In this document: in pieces, positions 35,304 through 49,281 of the stretch | How positions within the stretch are numbered: position 1 is the stretch's first letter | Layout: each line of letters begins with the position of its first letter | Source of the DNA: Eledone cirrhosa | Taxonomy: Eukaryota | DNA length: 64,000 nucleotides | Direction of reading: 5' to 3' | Assembly: GCA_964016885.1 (NCBI GenBank) | Contig: OZ024742.1 | Coordinates: 78,120,001 to 78,184,000, forward strand | The notes under the pieces: model-generated | The model's database searches: none | The model's input: the letters and a program-made list of their open reading frames with translations, nothing else | What the model was told of the DNA's origin: nothing | Program-made: the position numbers and the translations under genes

Positions 35304-35744
35304 CTTTTTCCGTGTAGGTCTCCAGGCATAGCGAGGACACTGGAAACTTATTAAAAAAATAATTCAGTGGAATGGAAATAGTGAAGCGTGGACTGGATTC
35401 CAAGCCATTGAGAAATTCACTGCCTCTACGTCTGTGGCAAATTCAAAAAGAATCAATCACGTGACATCGAGGTCAATCAGTGGAAAGCGAGTGGTTATTA
35501 AGACAGCGGCCAGCTTACTACCATAGTAGCAGTCATGGCCAAATATTGCTCGACAAATGAATTGGAGATAATTATAAGGAATTTATATCTAGTAACATTT
35601 ATATACACACAGATGCATATCAATGCTAGCAAATATATAGGTTTTGTCTTATTAACAATGTGGTTCAATGCATGGGGTTGCAGAACAATAATATGAGAGA
35701 CGTAAAATAAGAAAATTATAAAATTAACTTACTTACTAAAAAAT

Positions 35745-35827
35745 ACTTCCAACTAATTAGTTTCTGGAATGGAGTAAATATATTTTCCGAAGAAACATAT
35801 AGAAAATCATTCCGTCATCAGGAAAGT
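35745..35827 (-). ncRNA. Type I hammerhead ribozyme (K, copy 2)
   Basis: Identical to copy 1. Confidence 0.82.
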
Positions 35828-36235
35828 CTTTTTCCGTATAGGTCTCCAGGCATAGCGAGGACACTGGAAACTTATTTAAAAAATAATTCAGTGGAATGGA
35901 AATAGCGAAGCGTGGAATGGATTCCATATATATATACATATATATACATACACACACACACACACAAACACAACCACAGAAATACACACACACATACATA
36001 TACGTATATATTTATATACACACAAATAGGAAAAAAGTCTGACCCCACGGCAGAGCTCAAGCCGTTTCTGAGGCTATTATATATATACACACATAATATA
36101 TATACACACAAAACCAATATATAAAAAAATACTTATACATATACATACAGATAAATATAAACATACATACACACACATATATATACCCATATATATATTT
36201 ACACACACATATACATATATATATATATATATATA

Positions 36236-36370
36236 GCGAGGGAAAAGTGGTAAGGAACCAGGTGGACCATAACGCACCAAAGTACTCAATACTTAGGGTA
36301 GTAGAGTGGGTAATAGGAGTAAGTAAGACCCCGACGGCTGAGCTCAAGCCGTTTCGACGGCTAATTCTGT
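36236..36370 (-). mobile_element. Family C terminus, truncated within hammerhead stem II
   Basis: Matches 29870-30000. A shorter piece lies at 36025-36078. Confidence 0.7.
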
Positions 36371-36611
36371 ACATATATATATACATATACATACATATAC
36401 GTAACACACACGCACACACACAAAAATAAATATCTAAAATCGGTATGCGAAGGGTAAGGCAGAAAGTAGGGGGAAAAAAATAAAGAAAAATAAATGACAT
36501 AGGAAAAGTTTTAAATATAAGGGGAGATAAGGTAGGAAGAGAATACGGGAGTACAGAACATGGATTCAGCAGGTAAAAAAACCGTAGTAGAAGTAAAAGG
36601 CAGAGAAGGAG

Positions 36612-36920
36612 TTCAAGGTGGTTGAGTTATCGTAGGAATGTCAATCCAGTTACAGATCAGATGTGATTTCAGATAAGGACAACATCTGAAGATCTCGGTC
36701 TTTGAGTTCAGGCAAGCAGAAGTGGCTTCAAGTTTTGTAAAATCCTATATTTTTCCGTGGTACACAAAGGACAATTCTTTGTGCCCCTTTGGTACTCCCT
36801 CGAATGGTCTAAAATAGACCAATCGATAGAGTATGGGATGTTTTTATCCTTGAATTCCCACACCTTACTTGCGAGGGCCGTTGCTGTTCTTTTATCGAAG
36901 TGCTTAAAAGAAGCGACATG
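36612..36920 (-). pseudogene. Second PLE GIY-YIG C-terminal remnant (one frameshift)
   Basis: HVASFKHFDKRTATALASKVWEFKDKNIPYSIDWSIL..CPLCTTEKYRIL / CLNSKTEIFRCC aligns to the end of the 10018 ORF (HKNSF..STALSGVLWQLK..W..CDLCAEE..LNLRTNLFSCC). Confidence 0.8.
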
Positions 36921-37125
36921 TGCATAAAACCTGGTTTTATTATTATATATTTTTTCTTATATTTATTTGTGTGTGTGAGTATGTAGGTGTGTGTACATAT
37001 TTCTATATTTGTGCATGCATATGTATGCGTGTATATATGCGTGTATGTATGTGTATGTATGTACGTGTGTATATACGTATGATTGTGTGCATGTATGTAT
37101 GTTTATGTATATATGTATGTATATG

Positions 37126-37198
<73 letters not shown>

Positions 37199-38202
37199 AT
37201 ATATATGTATGTGTGTGTATGTATGTATATATATATGTTTATGTATATATGTATATATATGCATGTATATATATGTGTGTGTGTGTGTATGCACGTTTGT
37301 GTATTTGTATGTATGTGTATGTATGGATATGTTGATATTTATGTGTGTATGTATGTATGTGTATATGTATGTGTATGTATATATATACACATATATATGT
37401 AAGTGTGTGTATGTCTATTATTTGTAGGTGAGTGTGTGTGTATTGGTGTGTTATTGCATATTTTCTACGAGTGAAAACCTTATTGGATTACCATTAGGTG
37501 GGTGGCCAATTCGTAACTACTGCAGGCGTTTTGATACTTTCACCAAACGGGACACGTAATTTGACATGCTTCAATTCACTTATGCCTGGCAGATTTTCTT
37601 TTCTTCTGTAGAGCTGGGGACATATTGTTAATATAGAATGATATACTATCAAGTAAGCGGATCTTTTTCTAATGCGATTAACACAACTGCGTTTTGAAAT
37701 AGGCATCGATTATATGAGATAAAGTAGCAATCGGTGACACAATTTGTAATTTGTATTTTTTGCCTATATATATGTACCTGCATGTGTGAGTGTGCGTGCG
37801 CGTAAACGTGCTTTTTAAATATATATCTTTAAGTCTCTCTGCATTTAAGAATCGAAGGTTTTTAGTCCATTAATCATCAGCAGCTAAAGTCCGGCCATCT
37901 CCATCAAATACAGGAAAAATTCCTGATCAGAATACATTAGGGTTTAGGAACAGTTCAAATATATGGTGAGAAATGGATATAGGCAGCAGGAAAATTGCTA
38001 GATAAACTGTTTAAGTCTAGAATGAACGATTGTAGAATATATAAGAAAAGTAATTGGAAATATAATAACTTACGTTACTATCGATATGAGCATCTTCAAG
38101 CATAGGGAAGGCAATGTATTGCCAACGGTACCCGAAGACTAACCATAGCTCCTCTGCAATAGCTAGCTAAAGAAACATCTAAAAGAATATATCTACATTC
38201 AA

Positions 38203-38233
<31 letters not shown>

Positions 38234-38237
38234 TGTA

Positions 38238-38320
<83 letters not shown>

Positions 38321-38531
38321 ATGTGTGGATGTGTGGATAAGTCTACCAAAGTATACGGTCGTGTCCAATCCGTATGAAGAACTCAATGTAATCCAAATAT
38401 AGAAGATATCATAAAAAGAGAAGATGCATTCAAAAATGTACGATAAAAATCATGGGAAAACAGAGTCAAGATAAATTAATAAAAACAATGAAATAAACAC
38501 AAAGAACAAGTTCTTTATATTAAAAATTTCA

Positions 38532-38661
38532 TCATTTTACGATCGTTTCTGGGATGTATATGTGTGTTGGTATGTATATCATATAGATCTATGTAAAAAT
38601 ATTACAAATTATCAGAGGAAATATACATACCTTCACATATACATGCTATCCTCAGAAATGA
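38532..38661 (-). ncRNA. Type I hammerhead ribozyme, long stem II (diverged D copy, element 38333-38670)
   Basis: tcattt-CTGAGGA-tagc atgtatatgtg...cacatatacat ccca-GAAAC gatc GTA-aaatga. Confidence 0.78.
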
Positions 38662-38902
38662 CGAGATATGTTTATTGAAAAAAATAAAGGATTACTATAA
38701 AGGCTCTGTTTGGGAACAGGTTTTAAATTGACCAATAGGAAAGGAGTTAGAGGTTAAGTTGATAGAATGAAAGTAGTAGAAATTAAATCTAGGGGTATAG
38801 GAGTGCAGACTTATACTTTGAATGAACAGAATACTATGGAGATGAAATGATGTCAAGTCAAGAAGATAGTGAAGGGTACACGAAAATTTGATGTTATTAA
38901 AT

Positions 38903-39085
38903 AATTGTTTCTACGTTTTGGCACAAGGCCAGCAATTACCAAGTGCATTACTGGTATTTTATTTTATCGACCCCGTAAGGATGAAAGTTAACCTTGGCGG
39001 GATCTGAACCCAGAATGGCAAGGGACGTAACTCTATACGTCAAAGCATGGCGTCCGACCATCTATCGATACTGCCAATCCACCTA
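38903..39085 (-). mobile_element. tRNA-derived SINE
   Basis: Reverse-complement full-length copy. Confidence 0.8.
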
Positions 39086-39371
39086 TTAAATAATATTGTA
39101 AAAACGAAGGAAAAAAAAATTTTAGGGTAAGGATATTAGTGAGAAATACCTATCTTATTTAAACCACAAGGAATCTAGATATATAACAAGAAATTAAATT
39201 AATTGATAGGTATACTTACAGGGATGAAGTTATAATAATGCATATGAATGTGATAAATAAAAACTTGATGTTATTAAAGAGTGTTGTTAAAAACGAAGGA
39301 AAATAAAATTTTGGGATAAGGGTATCAGCGAGAAATACCAATCTTATTTAAAGTACAAGGAATCTAAATAC

Positions 39372-40089
<718 letters not shown>

Positions 40090-40099
40090 TTTAAAATAA

Positions 40100-40800
40100 A
40101 AAGATGAAATGTTGTGGATCTACCTTTTTGGAAACCATTTTGATTAGGACGAAACACTGTGTTGATAACCGGATGGATTCTGTTAAGCATAAGACGATTG
40201 TAGATCTTTGATGCACCTTGAGTGCCTCTGTTGTCTGTCAATCACAGATCACCTTTCTTTGGGATTGGAGGAAGATCTAACACTCCCCACTCTTTAGGTC
40301 GATTGCCATTGTAAGTTTCACTGTAAAAGCATCCGAAGTTCCTTCATAATCCTGGGGAATTCCAGAAATCTAGTAGTAGACCATCATGTCCAGGAGCTTT
40401 CCCATTTTTCATCTGACGGACGGCTGAGTTGGTTTCATCTTGCAGGAACTCTCCTTGTTTATGTTATTAAACACACCATATACCTCATTAATGTGAATAT
40501 TAGTTTCTGCAGTAGTTAGAGCATTTAGGAAGGTCTTGAAATTATTCTCCCAGGTCTTGAGGGGATCTTCATATTCGATAAGGATGACACTTCGAGATTT
40601 TTTCCCCGAGAAGCTTCTTAAACAGATTCCAGAGATTCCCCTGACAACTGGAGCAGCTGGCTTTTTAAAGGAAAGTATGATAATGTTTATCCTTTTATCC
40701 TAGGAAGTGACAAATGTCACGCACAGATTGCTCTGCGAATCTTGAATGTCACCGATGAAGCATGAAAGATTTCTTTACCAGCAACTACAACTGATTGTCA
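40100..40800 (-). pseudogene. Decayed non-LTR (RTE-like) RT fragment
   Basis: QMKNGKAPGHDG and ASKIYNRLMLNRIHPVINTVFRPNQNGFQKGRSTT. Confidence 0.75.
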
Positions 40801-41767
40801 GTGTTGTATGTTAATGTAATCTATGTATTGTGGTGTAAACAGGTTTAAGTCCACCACATCAGTTGTATCTAAAGAAGAAGAAGAAGAAGAATTTAATAGA
40901 TATCCCCCATTTATGAATAGCTAAGACCGATATTTTAGATATGATGTCATATGATGAGATGTACGTAAGTATGCTTGTATGTGTGCATGTATTATGTATG
41001 TACGTACGTATGTAAGTATGAATGCATGTGTGTATCTGCGTATATGTGCACGTATGTAAGTATATGTGTATATATTAAGGGTTTAAATACAAATAGATTT
41101 CAATTATTTCGATAGAAATCAAACCAGGAAAAGTTCAAAGGGTTACAATTGATTAGAAATGCGAAAAAGTCCAAATGAAGACAAAATAAATAATTGGGAG
41201 AAATAAGGTGTGAAGACTTGTAGGATGAGATTGCTATAACTACCTAAACACACATGAACACTCAGACACACTTCAATAAGTAAACAGAGGTCTGCATATC
41301 CCCCACACACACGCACACATATATATATGTGTGTGTGTGTGTGCGTGCGTGTCTGTGTGAGTATGTATGTGTGAGTATTTGTGTATGTGAGTATGTGTGT
41401 GCATCCGAATTCTAATTCGATGTTGTTATAGCTTACAAAATTAAATAATTGTTTTTTTCTTTTCGCCTCAAGAAAGCAGTGTTTGTATATTTCGATTGAA
41501 GTTGCTTTAAAAATAGATTGGATGGTCACGATTAGAACGTCTTTGTTGATACTAAATTGAAAAATGTTCCGATACCTTAAAAACGTCGGTATTTTCACTG
41601 TGTAAATCATTAGTTGTGTTGAAAATGTCATTCAGCTTGCCAATGACCCATCATTGCACAACAAAACAATAATCTGAAATTTAAATATTCGTTGTGAAAA
41701 TATTCAATTTCAGACGTAAATTTTATATTACTAGGAAACAAGTTATTATCAAAGGAATACGATTTAA

Positions 41768-41987
41768 TTATTTCTAGTATAGGCACAAGACCAGTAATTG
41801 GGGTGGGGGGGGGGGGGGTCGATTAAATTGACCCAAGTACATTACTGGTGCTTTATTTTATCCACTCCTTAAGAATGAAAGGCAAAGTTAACCTCGGCGG
41901 GATTTGAACTCAGACAGTAGAGGACCGTAACTCTGTGCTGCAAAGCATGGTGTCCGACTCTCTACCGATACTGCCAATACACCGCCT
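41768..41987 (-). mobile_element. tRNA-derived SINE
   Basis: Reverse-complement copy. Confidence 0.8.
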
Positions 41988-42404
41988 TAGGAATGCGTTA
42001 TAATATGAAGATGGCGGAGGAAAGCAATACGGAAACTGTGTAACTAAAGCAGTTAGGTTGGGATGGTCTGAGTATGACGGTATGAGGGTGGATATGTCTG
42101 CGTATAAATACATGTGTGTGTATAGGTGATAGCTGGAAATGTGATCCATCGAACAAATTTAAGGACGTCAGTCGGTCGAGTTGCATTATGAACACTCAAT
42201 CAAATATGTACACACACAGATACGAGCACACACACAATACACTAGTGTATGATAGATAGAGCATTCAGCGAAGTATACTTGTAGGTCAGTTTATTTCGAA
42301 TTATAAATATAAAAAATGAAGCAGAAGTCAATAGGTTAGAAATTAACACATTCCTCTGTTACATAATCGCTGTTATACGTATTCCTGTCTACTTCATATT
42401 ATAA

Positions 42405-42596
42405 GGGCGGTGGATTGGCAGTATTGGTAGAGAGTCGGACACCATACTTTGAAGCATGGAGTTACGTCCCTTTGTGATCTGAGTTCAAATCCCGCCGAGA
42501 TTAACTTTGCCTTTCATCTTTACGGAGTCAATAAAATAAAGTACCAGTAATGCACTGGAATAATTGCTGGCCTTGTGTCAAAAGTAGAAACAATTA
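42405..42596 (+). mobile_element. tRNA-derived SINE
   Basis: ggcggtggattggcagtattggtagagagtcggac..gagttcaaatccc..gtagaaacaatta. Confidence 0.82.
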
Positions 42597-42619
42597 TATT
42601 TATGTATATATATATATAT

Positions 42620-43240
42620 AAGTATGTATGTATACGTACATACATATATACAGACGTACAGTAGTATGTATATATATATATATACATACATGCACACATA
42701 TATATATGCACTTATCGGTTTACCGAACATTTATTATAATGCTCGGTTTCTTTGTTTGTAAACAAACAAACAGCCCGAATTACGCCGTAGAGTGTTTAGG
42801 CAACCACGTCACCTTTTTGTTCAACACTGACACAGGAACGATGTACTAGTTTCAAGCTTATTAGCTATCGTCAGCATCGTATACCTTTCTGCCAGATGGT
42901 TGAACGTCTGAAAGTATATACTTTCCTTATGCATATTAACGGCTGAACAGCCTAATTTACATATCGAGTGAGTTCAGTCGACCGGGCACACCGAAAACGA
43001 TAAATGGAATAGAATGAAACGAAATTTCATTTCTCACTCTTAGTTTGTTTGTTTACAAACAGAGCATTATAATAAATGTTCGGTAAACCGATACGTGCAT
43101 ATATATATATGTGTGTGCATGTATGTATATATATACATACTACTGTACGTCTGTATACATATATGTATGTACGTATACATACATACTTACATTTAAGTAA
43201 GTGCCGTACTAAGTGTGAGAAATGAAATTTCGTTTCATTC
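42620..43240. mobile_element. Family M (distant relative of B) with inverted arm
   Basis: 42620-42762 is mirrored at 43043-43190, and 43009-43037 at 43215-43243. Confidence 0.72.
42838..42880 (-). ncRNA. Type I hammerhead ribozyme (M)
   Basis: acgatg-CTGACGA-t agct aata agct t-GAAAC ta GTA-catcgt. Confidence 0.87.
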
Positions 43241-43302
43241 TATCCTATATATATTCCTCCCATATACTGTACCGATAGTGTTGTTATTTCTATTTCCTTT
43301 TT

Positions 43303-43330
<28 letters not shown>

Positions 43331-43334
<4 letters not shown>

Positions 43335-43543
43335 TTATTAAAATAACAGATTAAAGTTTAAGCAAAGAATCGCTGCTTTCACCCTTAACGGGATCTTCTG
43401 TTAAGGGTGAAAGCAGCGATTCTTTGCTTAAACTTTAATCTGTTATTTTAATAAATATTTGCTTTACGGTTCTTATATATTTGATATATATTTATCCTTA
43501 TCGAGCTCTCTTTGAATTTTAGTCTTCAAATTTATTATTATTG

Positions 43544-43545
<2 letters not shown>
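43331..43545. mobile_element. Family N fold-back centred in a putative hammerhead stem II
   Basis: Arms 43331-43391 and 43397-43458. The 3' half GAAAGCA gcgattctt TGCTT is present on both strands. Confidence 0.55.
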
Positions 43546-43587
<42 letters not shown>

Positions 43588-43660
43588 GAGCGGAGCAAGC
43601 AATTATCAAACAATCTTTTAAATAAATTAAAGAACGATTTAAATATTGACCTGTTCTATT

Positions 43661-43740
43661 GCTGTTACCGACGGTTTCACTAATCAAAAGATTGGAAATC
43701 CAGAGAATTTCCAATGGAAAGAATTAGATCTTCAGACAGT
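43661..43740 (-). ncRNA. Type I hammerhead ribozyme (O, copy 1)
   Basis: ctgt-CTGAAGA-t ctaat..attggaaat..atttccaat..attag t-GAAACC gtc GGTA-acag. Confidence 0.82.
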
Positions 43741-44125
43741 TATGTCCATACCATAAGGGTGCAAACTTCATAGTAAGTCAATATTTCGCTTACTGCCCGA
43801 CGTATGCGGTCAAGCCGTTGAAGTGACGCACACGCAAAATTAGGCCACAAGTAAAAGCGGGTTATTATAAACTTGCTGATTATGCCGCTAAAAATAGCAG
43901 CGCGATACAACGTTTTGTTCTCTACATGAGGAGAAAAATTATAAAAGGGTATGGATATTCCAACAGGCACTAGGTACCTACAGAAATATGCATGGTGTTT
44001 ATAATAGTTGTGATTCGATAGTAGTAATTTGAGAGACCAGAACTATAAAAATGAGCGGAGCAAGCAATTATCAAACAATATTTTAAATAAATTAAAAAAC
44101 GATTTAAATATACACCTGTTCTATT

Positions 44126-44205
44126 GCTGTTACCGACGGTTTCACTAATCAAAAGATTGGAAATCCAGAGAATTTCCAATGGAAAGAATTAGATCTTCAG
44201 ACAGC
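44126..44205 (-). ncRNA. Type I hammerhead ribozyme (O, copy 2)
   Basis: As copy 1, with stem I gctgt/acagc. Confidence 0.84.
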
Positions 44206-47019
44206 TATTTCCATACCATAAGGGTGCAAACCTCATAGTATGTCAATATTTCTCTTACTGCCCGACGCATGCGCACAAACCGTTGAAGTGACGCACACGC
44301 AAAATTAGGCCACAAGTAAAAGCGGGTTATTATAAACTTGCTGATCATGTCGCTAAAAGTAGCAACGCGATACAACGTTTTGTTCGCTACATAAGGAGAA
44401 AAATTATATATATATATATATATATGATAGGGTGTGGTAAAAAAACAGGTGGACCATAACTCACCAGAGTACTCGATACTTGGTGTATTAGAGTGGGTAA
44501 TATAATATATGGTGGGATTTATAGCTTTTCAGCTGTGAGTTTTCTTTAGTTATTTTTTATTATTACTATACACTATTGTCCTATTATTTGATACTCATCA
44601 AGCCGATGTTGCAGGCCAATAGCTAATAATTTCTTAGCTATTCTATCAAATATATATATTTTTTAATTTTCGATATTTTTAAATAAAACCTGGTTGGTTG
44701 AAATGGAAAATATGTCAAACTTCCTGGGTGATTTGTCAATTGTTTTTTATCTCATCTACTGCTATGTACCATAGCCAAAGTACTTAACTCTCATTCACAA
44801 GGTTATTTATCAGTAATCCTTAACTAGAAGGGGGGAGCTCGGTATATTTCAAAGGGGTTTTGTCAGCTGCCACTACTAAGTTCAAATGTTACCATGGATA
44901 TGGCTTAAAGAGAAAATTGCTTCATCAGTTTGATTTTAACTTCAGAAAATACTTGATTATAAAGTCTTCAATGTTTACTCAACCACATAATTGGTTATGG
45001 AATGCACTTGCTGCTACTTATCTATTTCGCGAAAGTTCTGTGAAACAAGTCTCCTCCGGGCATATAACTGAATTATTGTCAAGTTTTTACTATAATTATC
45101 GTCTTCCTTCGACTGAAAAATAGCATTGTTGATACGATAAAATTCTCATAATAACATTATTGATATGATAAGGCTTTCATAATAAAATTGCTATATTCCA
45201 TTTCTCACAATGGAAACAGGAAAATAAAGTAACGCCTGTAAAGTATCCAAAATTCAGTCAATTGTTTGATAATATACATAACTTTGGTGGCTGCAAGCGT
45301 TGTTTTTAATGGGTTTATTTGAGTTCAAACCTCTCCAGTGCATATTTCTTTGAACAACGCCACGTTAACCTACTTAAATTTTTAAAATGTGACAGCTTAG
45401 GATAATTTCCATGACGTCAAGCAAATATTACGTAAATCTCTGCCTTGATAATATGATATAAATATCACAACCGTCATTTCCAGATGATCTGGTACTCGGA
45501 TAAACTGGAGATAGGATATAAAATACTTTTTGTACCCCAAAATAGGATTAACTTTAGGTAGGACTCTACCAAACTGATTCGCTTCCTGATAAACGAGGTC
45601 ATTCCATATCTAGGTACATCATCATGATACCTATTGGGAGCGAAATAATCCTAAAACATGTCAGTTAATTCTGTTGCTTAGTGCCCTATAAGCTCTAATT
45701 GAGCAAACCTATGATAAAAGGCAATGCTGCCGTAGCCACTCTCGTAAAGTATTATCCAATATGCCCTTCCATTTTTAAAAGGAGGTAGCATATAATAGTA
45801 GGCGAGTTTGGCTTCTAAATTAAGGTTCACCAGAGACGTTATGTAGTCGTTCTAACAATTAGAAATAACATCCATATTTACCTTAACTAGCATCCTATAA
45901 TCTGAAACGGTGAAATATTCGAAAAAGTAATCCTAGATTGAAATAGAAAGGTGGTATGTTTACTTTGATCATAGGTCTGCACAGACAAGTTTTATCTGTT
46001 AGAGCAAACCAATGATTAAAAGTATTCCAACAACAACAATACAAACTACTTTTTGTAAAATAGCTAATATAGCTCGAAAGAAGTGGTCGGCCACTTACAT
46101 AGCAAGTTCGGGTGTGATCAAATAAATTTGCCTTGCAACAGTTTGTATTTTAATTTAAAATCAGATAAACGAATATAAACAAATATATTTCATCAAGTAA
46201 ACTATAATATTAGCGTTAAGTGCTAACATACTTTGTGTGATGAGCATGATAGCATTAAACATGAAGGATCAATGCTTACATTAAACAATGACAAGGGTGA
46301 CATCGCAACAACCCCACCACGAACACACACACCAAAAAAAATTATTGTTAAATGGAATGATGCACTGAAGTCCCAATCAATTAGAAGTGAAAATATTGTT
46401 ATAAGTTGGTGTTTGGATTCAAGGATATAACAATTATAAAATATTTCCATGTTCAGGAAAATAAAATGAACATAAAATGAATACAAAATAAACCCTGATA
46501 TGTATTAATGAATAAATTGAAATTTTAAAAATTCTAGAAGTGTTTTAAGGTTTAGTGGATTAGTATCTACGTGTTTAAGAGTAATTAATATAATTAATAT
46601 TTTTCCAATTAATATAATTGGTGGCTTCGTGATTTTTTGCAATTAACATTATTGCTTGAAGAGTATGTTGAAATTGTGTTGACGTCAGAGTTAATACAGA
46701 GCCAGAGTTAAATGTGTTGGATATTTTATTTCCATTGCTCTATAATATGAGTTCGCACCCAGCAAAGGTCAGCGTTATATTTCGGATTTTTAAATTGTTA
46801 GAATAAGGATATAAAATGCAATCAATTATATACATATTCTTGATATTTCATAACAATCAATAAGCTCCTTGGAGTGAATTCAATGACCTAAATGGTGGAG
46901 CACACAACTCTACGCGTTATGGCTTTGAATCCCATGTCTCTAAATTTTAAATGTTTTTATATTTGTAGCTTAGCGCCAAATCTGAGCGGCCAAAGGTGCT
47001 TCGACATTAATCATCCCGT

Positions 47020-47208
47020 CATGGATTGGCAGTATCGGTAGAGGGTCTAACACCATGCTTTGCAGCAAAGAGTTACGGCCCGTTATGGTCTGAGTTCAAA
47101 TCCAGCCGAGGTTAACTTTGCCTCTCATCCTTGCGGGGTCGATAAAATAAAGCACCAGTAATACACTGATTTAATTGCTGGCCTTGTGCCAAAGGGAGAA
47201 ACAATTAT
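47020..47208 (+). mobile_element. tRNA-derived SINE
   Basis: Matches the SINE consensus. Confidence 0.8.
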
Positions 47209-48299
47209 TTCCATACATGATGTATATAGGCCTTTCCTATCCGATGCGTCCTACCATTCTTTGTGATATTTGTGTATGATATGAGGATGATAGGCTGCTA
47301 TATTCCACAGGTCAAGCAACCACGTAACGATGTTTTCGTTCGCGTGAAACTCTAAGTTCAAATAGTAACGTTGTTTATTTGCTAATACGCCCAGTGTAAA
47401 CCATTTAAATGTAAGTAGTATTTTTAACATTCTGCTCTCTCATCTCTCAACTCAGCCTATCATAAAACAAAACGAATAATATATATAAACTAAAATTAAA
47501 TATCATCCATTCTCAATGGATAAAAAGGATTCGACTAATTACATAGCCAATAGACTCTGATATGATAAGATCCTTATCTGAGCATCCTTATTGCCAAAGC
47601 AACCATCAACATATCTTAAAGTAGAAAAGATATCTTGATTTCAGTTGAACAATTTTTCTTTATCTAATGGGATCTATTATTACTAAAATCTAAGTAGACC
47701 AGGTATCATATTATGAGGTATATGGCCGGATGTACCTTTTACAGATTTCGTTTCGTATTAATGAGAAAGAAGGACAAAGAGTCTACCGCTACAAGGTCTT
47801 TGACCTCCAGCTTACGGAGGGTGTTTCGAGGTATTAGAGAGAGATGCCACGAGAGAGAAAACGAGAGAGGGGATGTGGTCAAGAAGAATTGTATCAACAC
47901 TGAAAGGAAGAAAAACAATGTTGACCTCTGTGAGATTTAAACTCAGGGCTCAAAGGTATACCGAGTTTTTTTCTATTACTCCATTGGAGCAACTAAAAAA
48001 TATAAGCTACTTCAAAACATACCCAACCTTATTTTTAAAAAAACTGAATAAATATTATATAATACATTTTTAGATATGTTATGTCTGAATAAAAATAAGA
48101 GGGTCAGATATGGAAAACAGAGACACAATAATACTTAGGTTTGCGACACAGTCAGACCTGCTATTGACAGATATTCTTAGACTGACCCAACGTCACTTAA
48201 ACGATGTTACCATTGTGGGCTGCTGTTTCCGTTATTATCGTCACATTTTAACTCCAGTATGAATCAGTTTTGATCGGGAAAACATATGATCGAAGATAT

Positions 48300-48945
48300 A
48301 GGTCTTGGGTATTATATCATATTTTCAGTGAATACACTAGTGAAGAAATCGTTGGAGTATTGTCAAGAGGTATATTCTTGTTTTGTAGACCTCGAAAAGG
48401 CATACGACTGCCTTCATCGGGATTGCTGTGGAAGGTTTTGCAGGAGTATAGGATCGTTGGTCAGTTTATTGTTTCTCTGATGTCTCTATACAAATGACCG
48501 AATATTTGTGGTCATATAAATGGTTCTAAATCAAAATCATTGAATGTGGAGGCTAGACTCCGCCAAGGGTGCATACTGTTAACACTCCTGTTCATTATTT
48601 TCATGAGCAGGATTGACATGCGCTGCTGGATTGGAAGTAGTATCATGACTGGTGGGTGTAAAATCAGTCGGCTGGATTTTGCAGGTGACATTGTAGGTGA
48701 CATTTGTAGTTAGAATGTCTCAGGAAAGGATCGCTGGACTGATTTACAGGCAAAAGATTCCGGTAGGAGTCTCAGAGGTATAGCCTAAGCAATATGGTTG
48801 GATAACATTCGTGAGCTTGGCTGGTCTCGCTTGGGGATCCAGCCGGATCTGTTGGAGGTGGTTGTTTCTGACAAAACCCGCTGGAAGAAGAAGAAGAAGA
48901 AGAAGAAGAAGAAGAAGAAGAAGAAGAAGAAGAAGAAGAAGAAGA
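48300..48945 (+). pseudogene. Internally deleted RTE-clade LINE 3' part with (AAG)n tail
   Basis: CFVDLEKAYD, LRQGCIL..LF, LDFAGDIV, then WLDNIRE..DKTRW followed by (GAA)n at 48884-48944. Confidence 0.8.
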
Positions 48946-49098
48946 CACTTATGTTTACTTCCTATTTTAACATAGGAACTTGTGATATAAGGAAGGTTTT
49001 GTTTTGCATATATTGCTATTGAAACAACCTCATAGAAACCTGCTCATTGTATAGACTTTCATGCTTTCTGTTATTGTTCTTGCTGTTCTTGATATTTT

Positions 49099-49281
49099 TA
49101 CGAGGGTCGGCTGACAGGTTCACAGGCTGACCAAGATACTCTCAAGGATCACCAAATGGGCTTTATTTTTCACCATATTTCCTAGAAAGGAAGAAATGCA
49201 GTTATTAATGCATGCAAGATTTCGCAGCTCTAGTACCACTCCTTCATCATCAGCCTATGAACCTTTCAGCTGACCCGCGTA
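49099..49281. mobile_element. Mariner-type MITE
   Basis: ~30-bp imperfect TIRs cgagggtcggctgacaggttcacaggctga / tcagcctatgaacctttcagctgacccgcg, flanked by TA on both sides. Confidence 0.72.

Larger units (their letters stand above)
35171..35925 (-). mobile_element. Retrozyme-like partial tandem, family K (~524-bp period)
   Basis: 35172-35402 is repeated at 35697-35925. Confidence 0.82.
43584..44406 (-). mobile_element. Retrozyme-like partial tandem, family O (465-bp period, ~1.77 units)
   Basis: 43584-43943 is repeated at 44049-44406. Confidence 0.83.
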
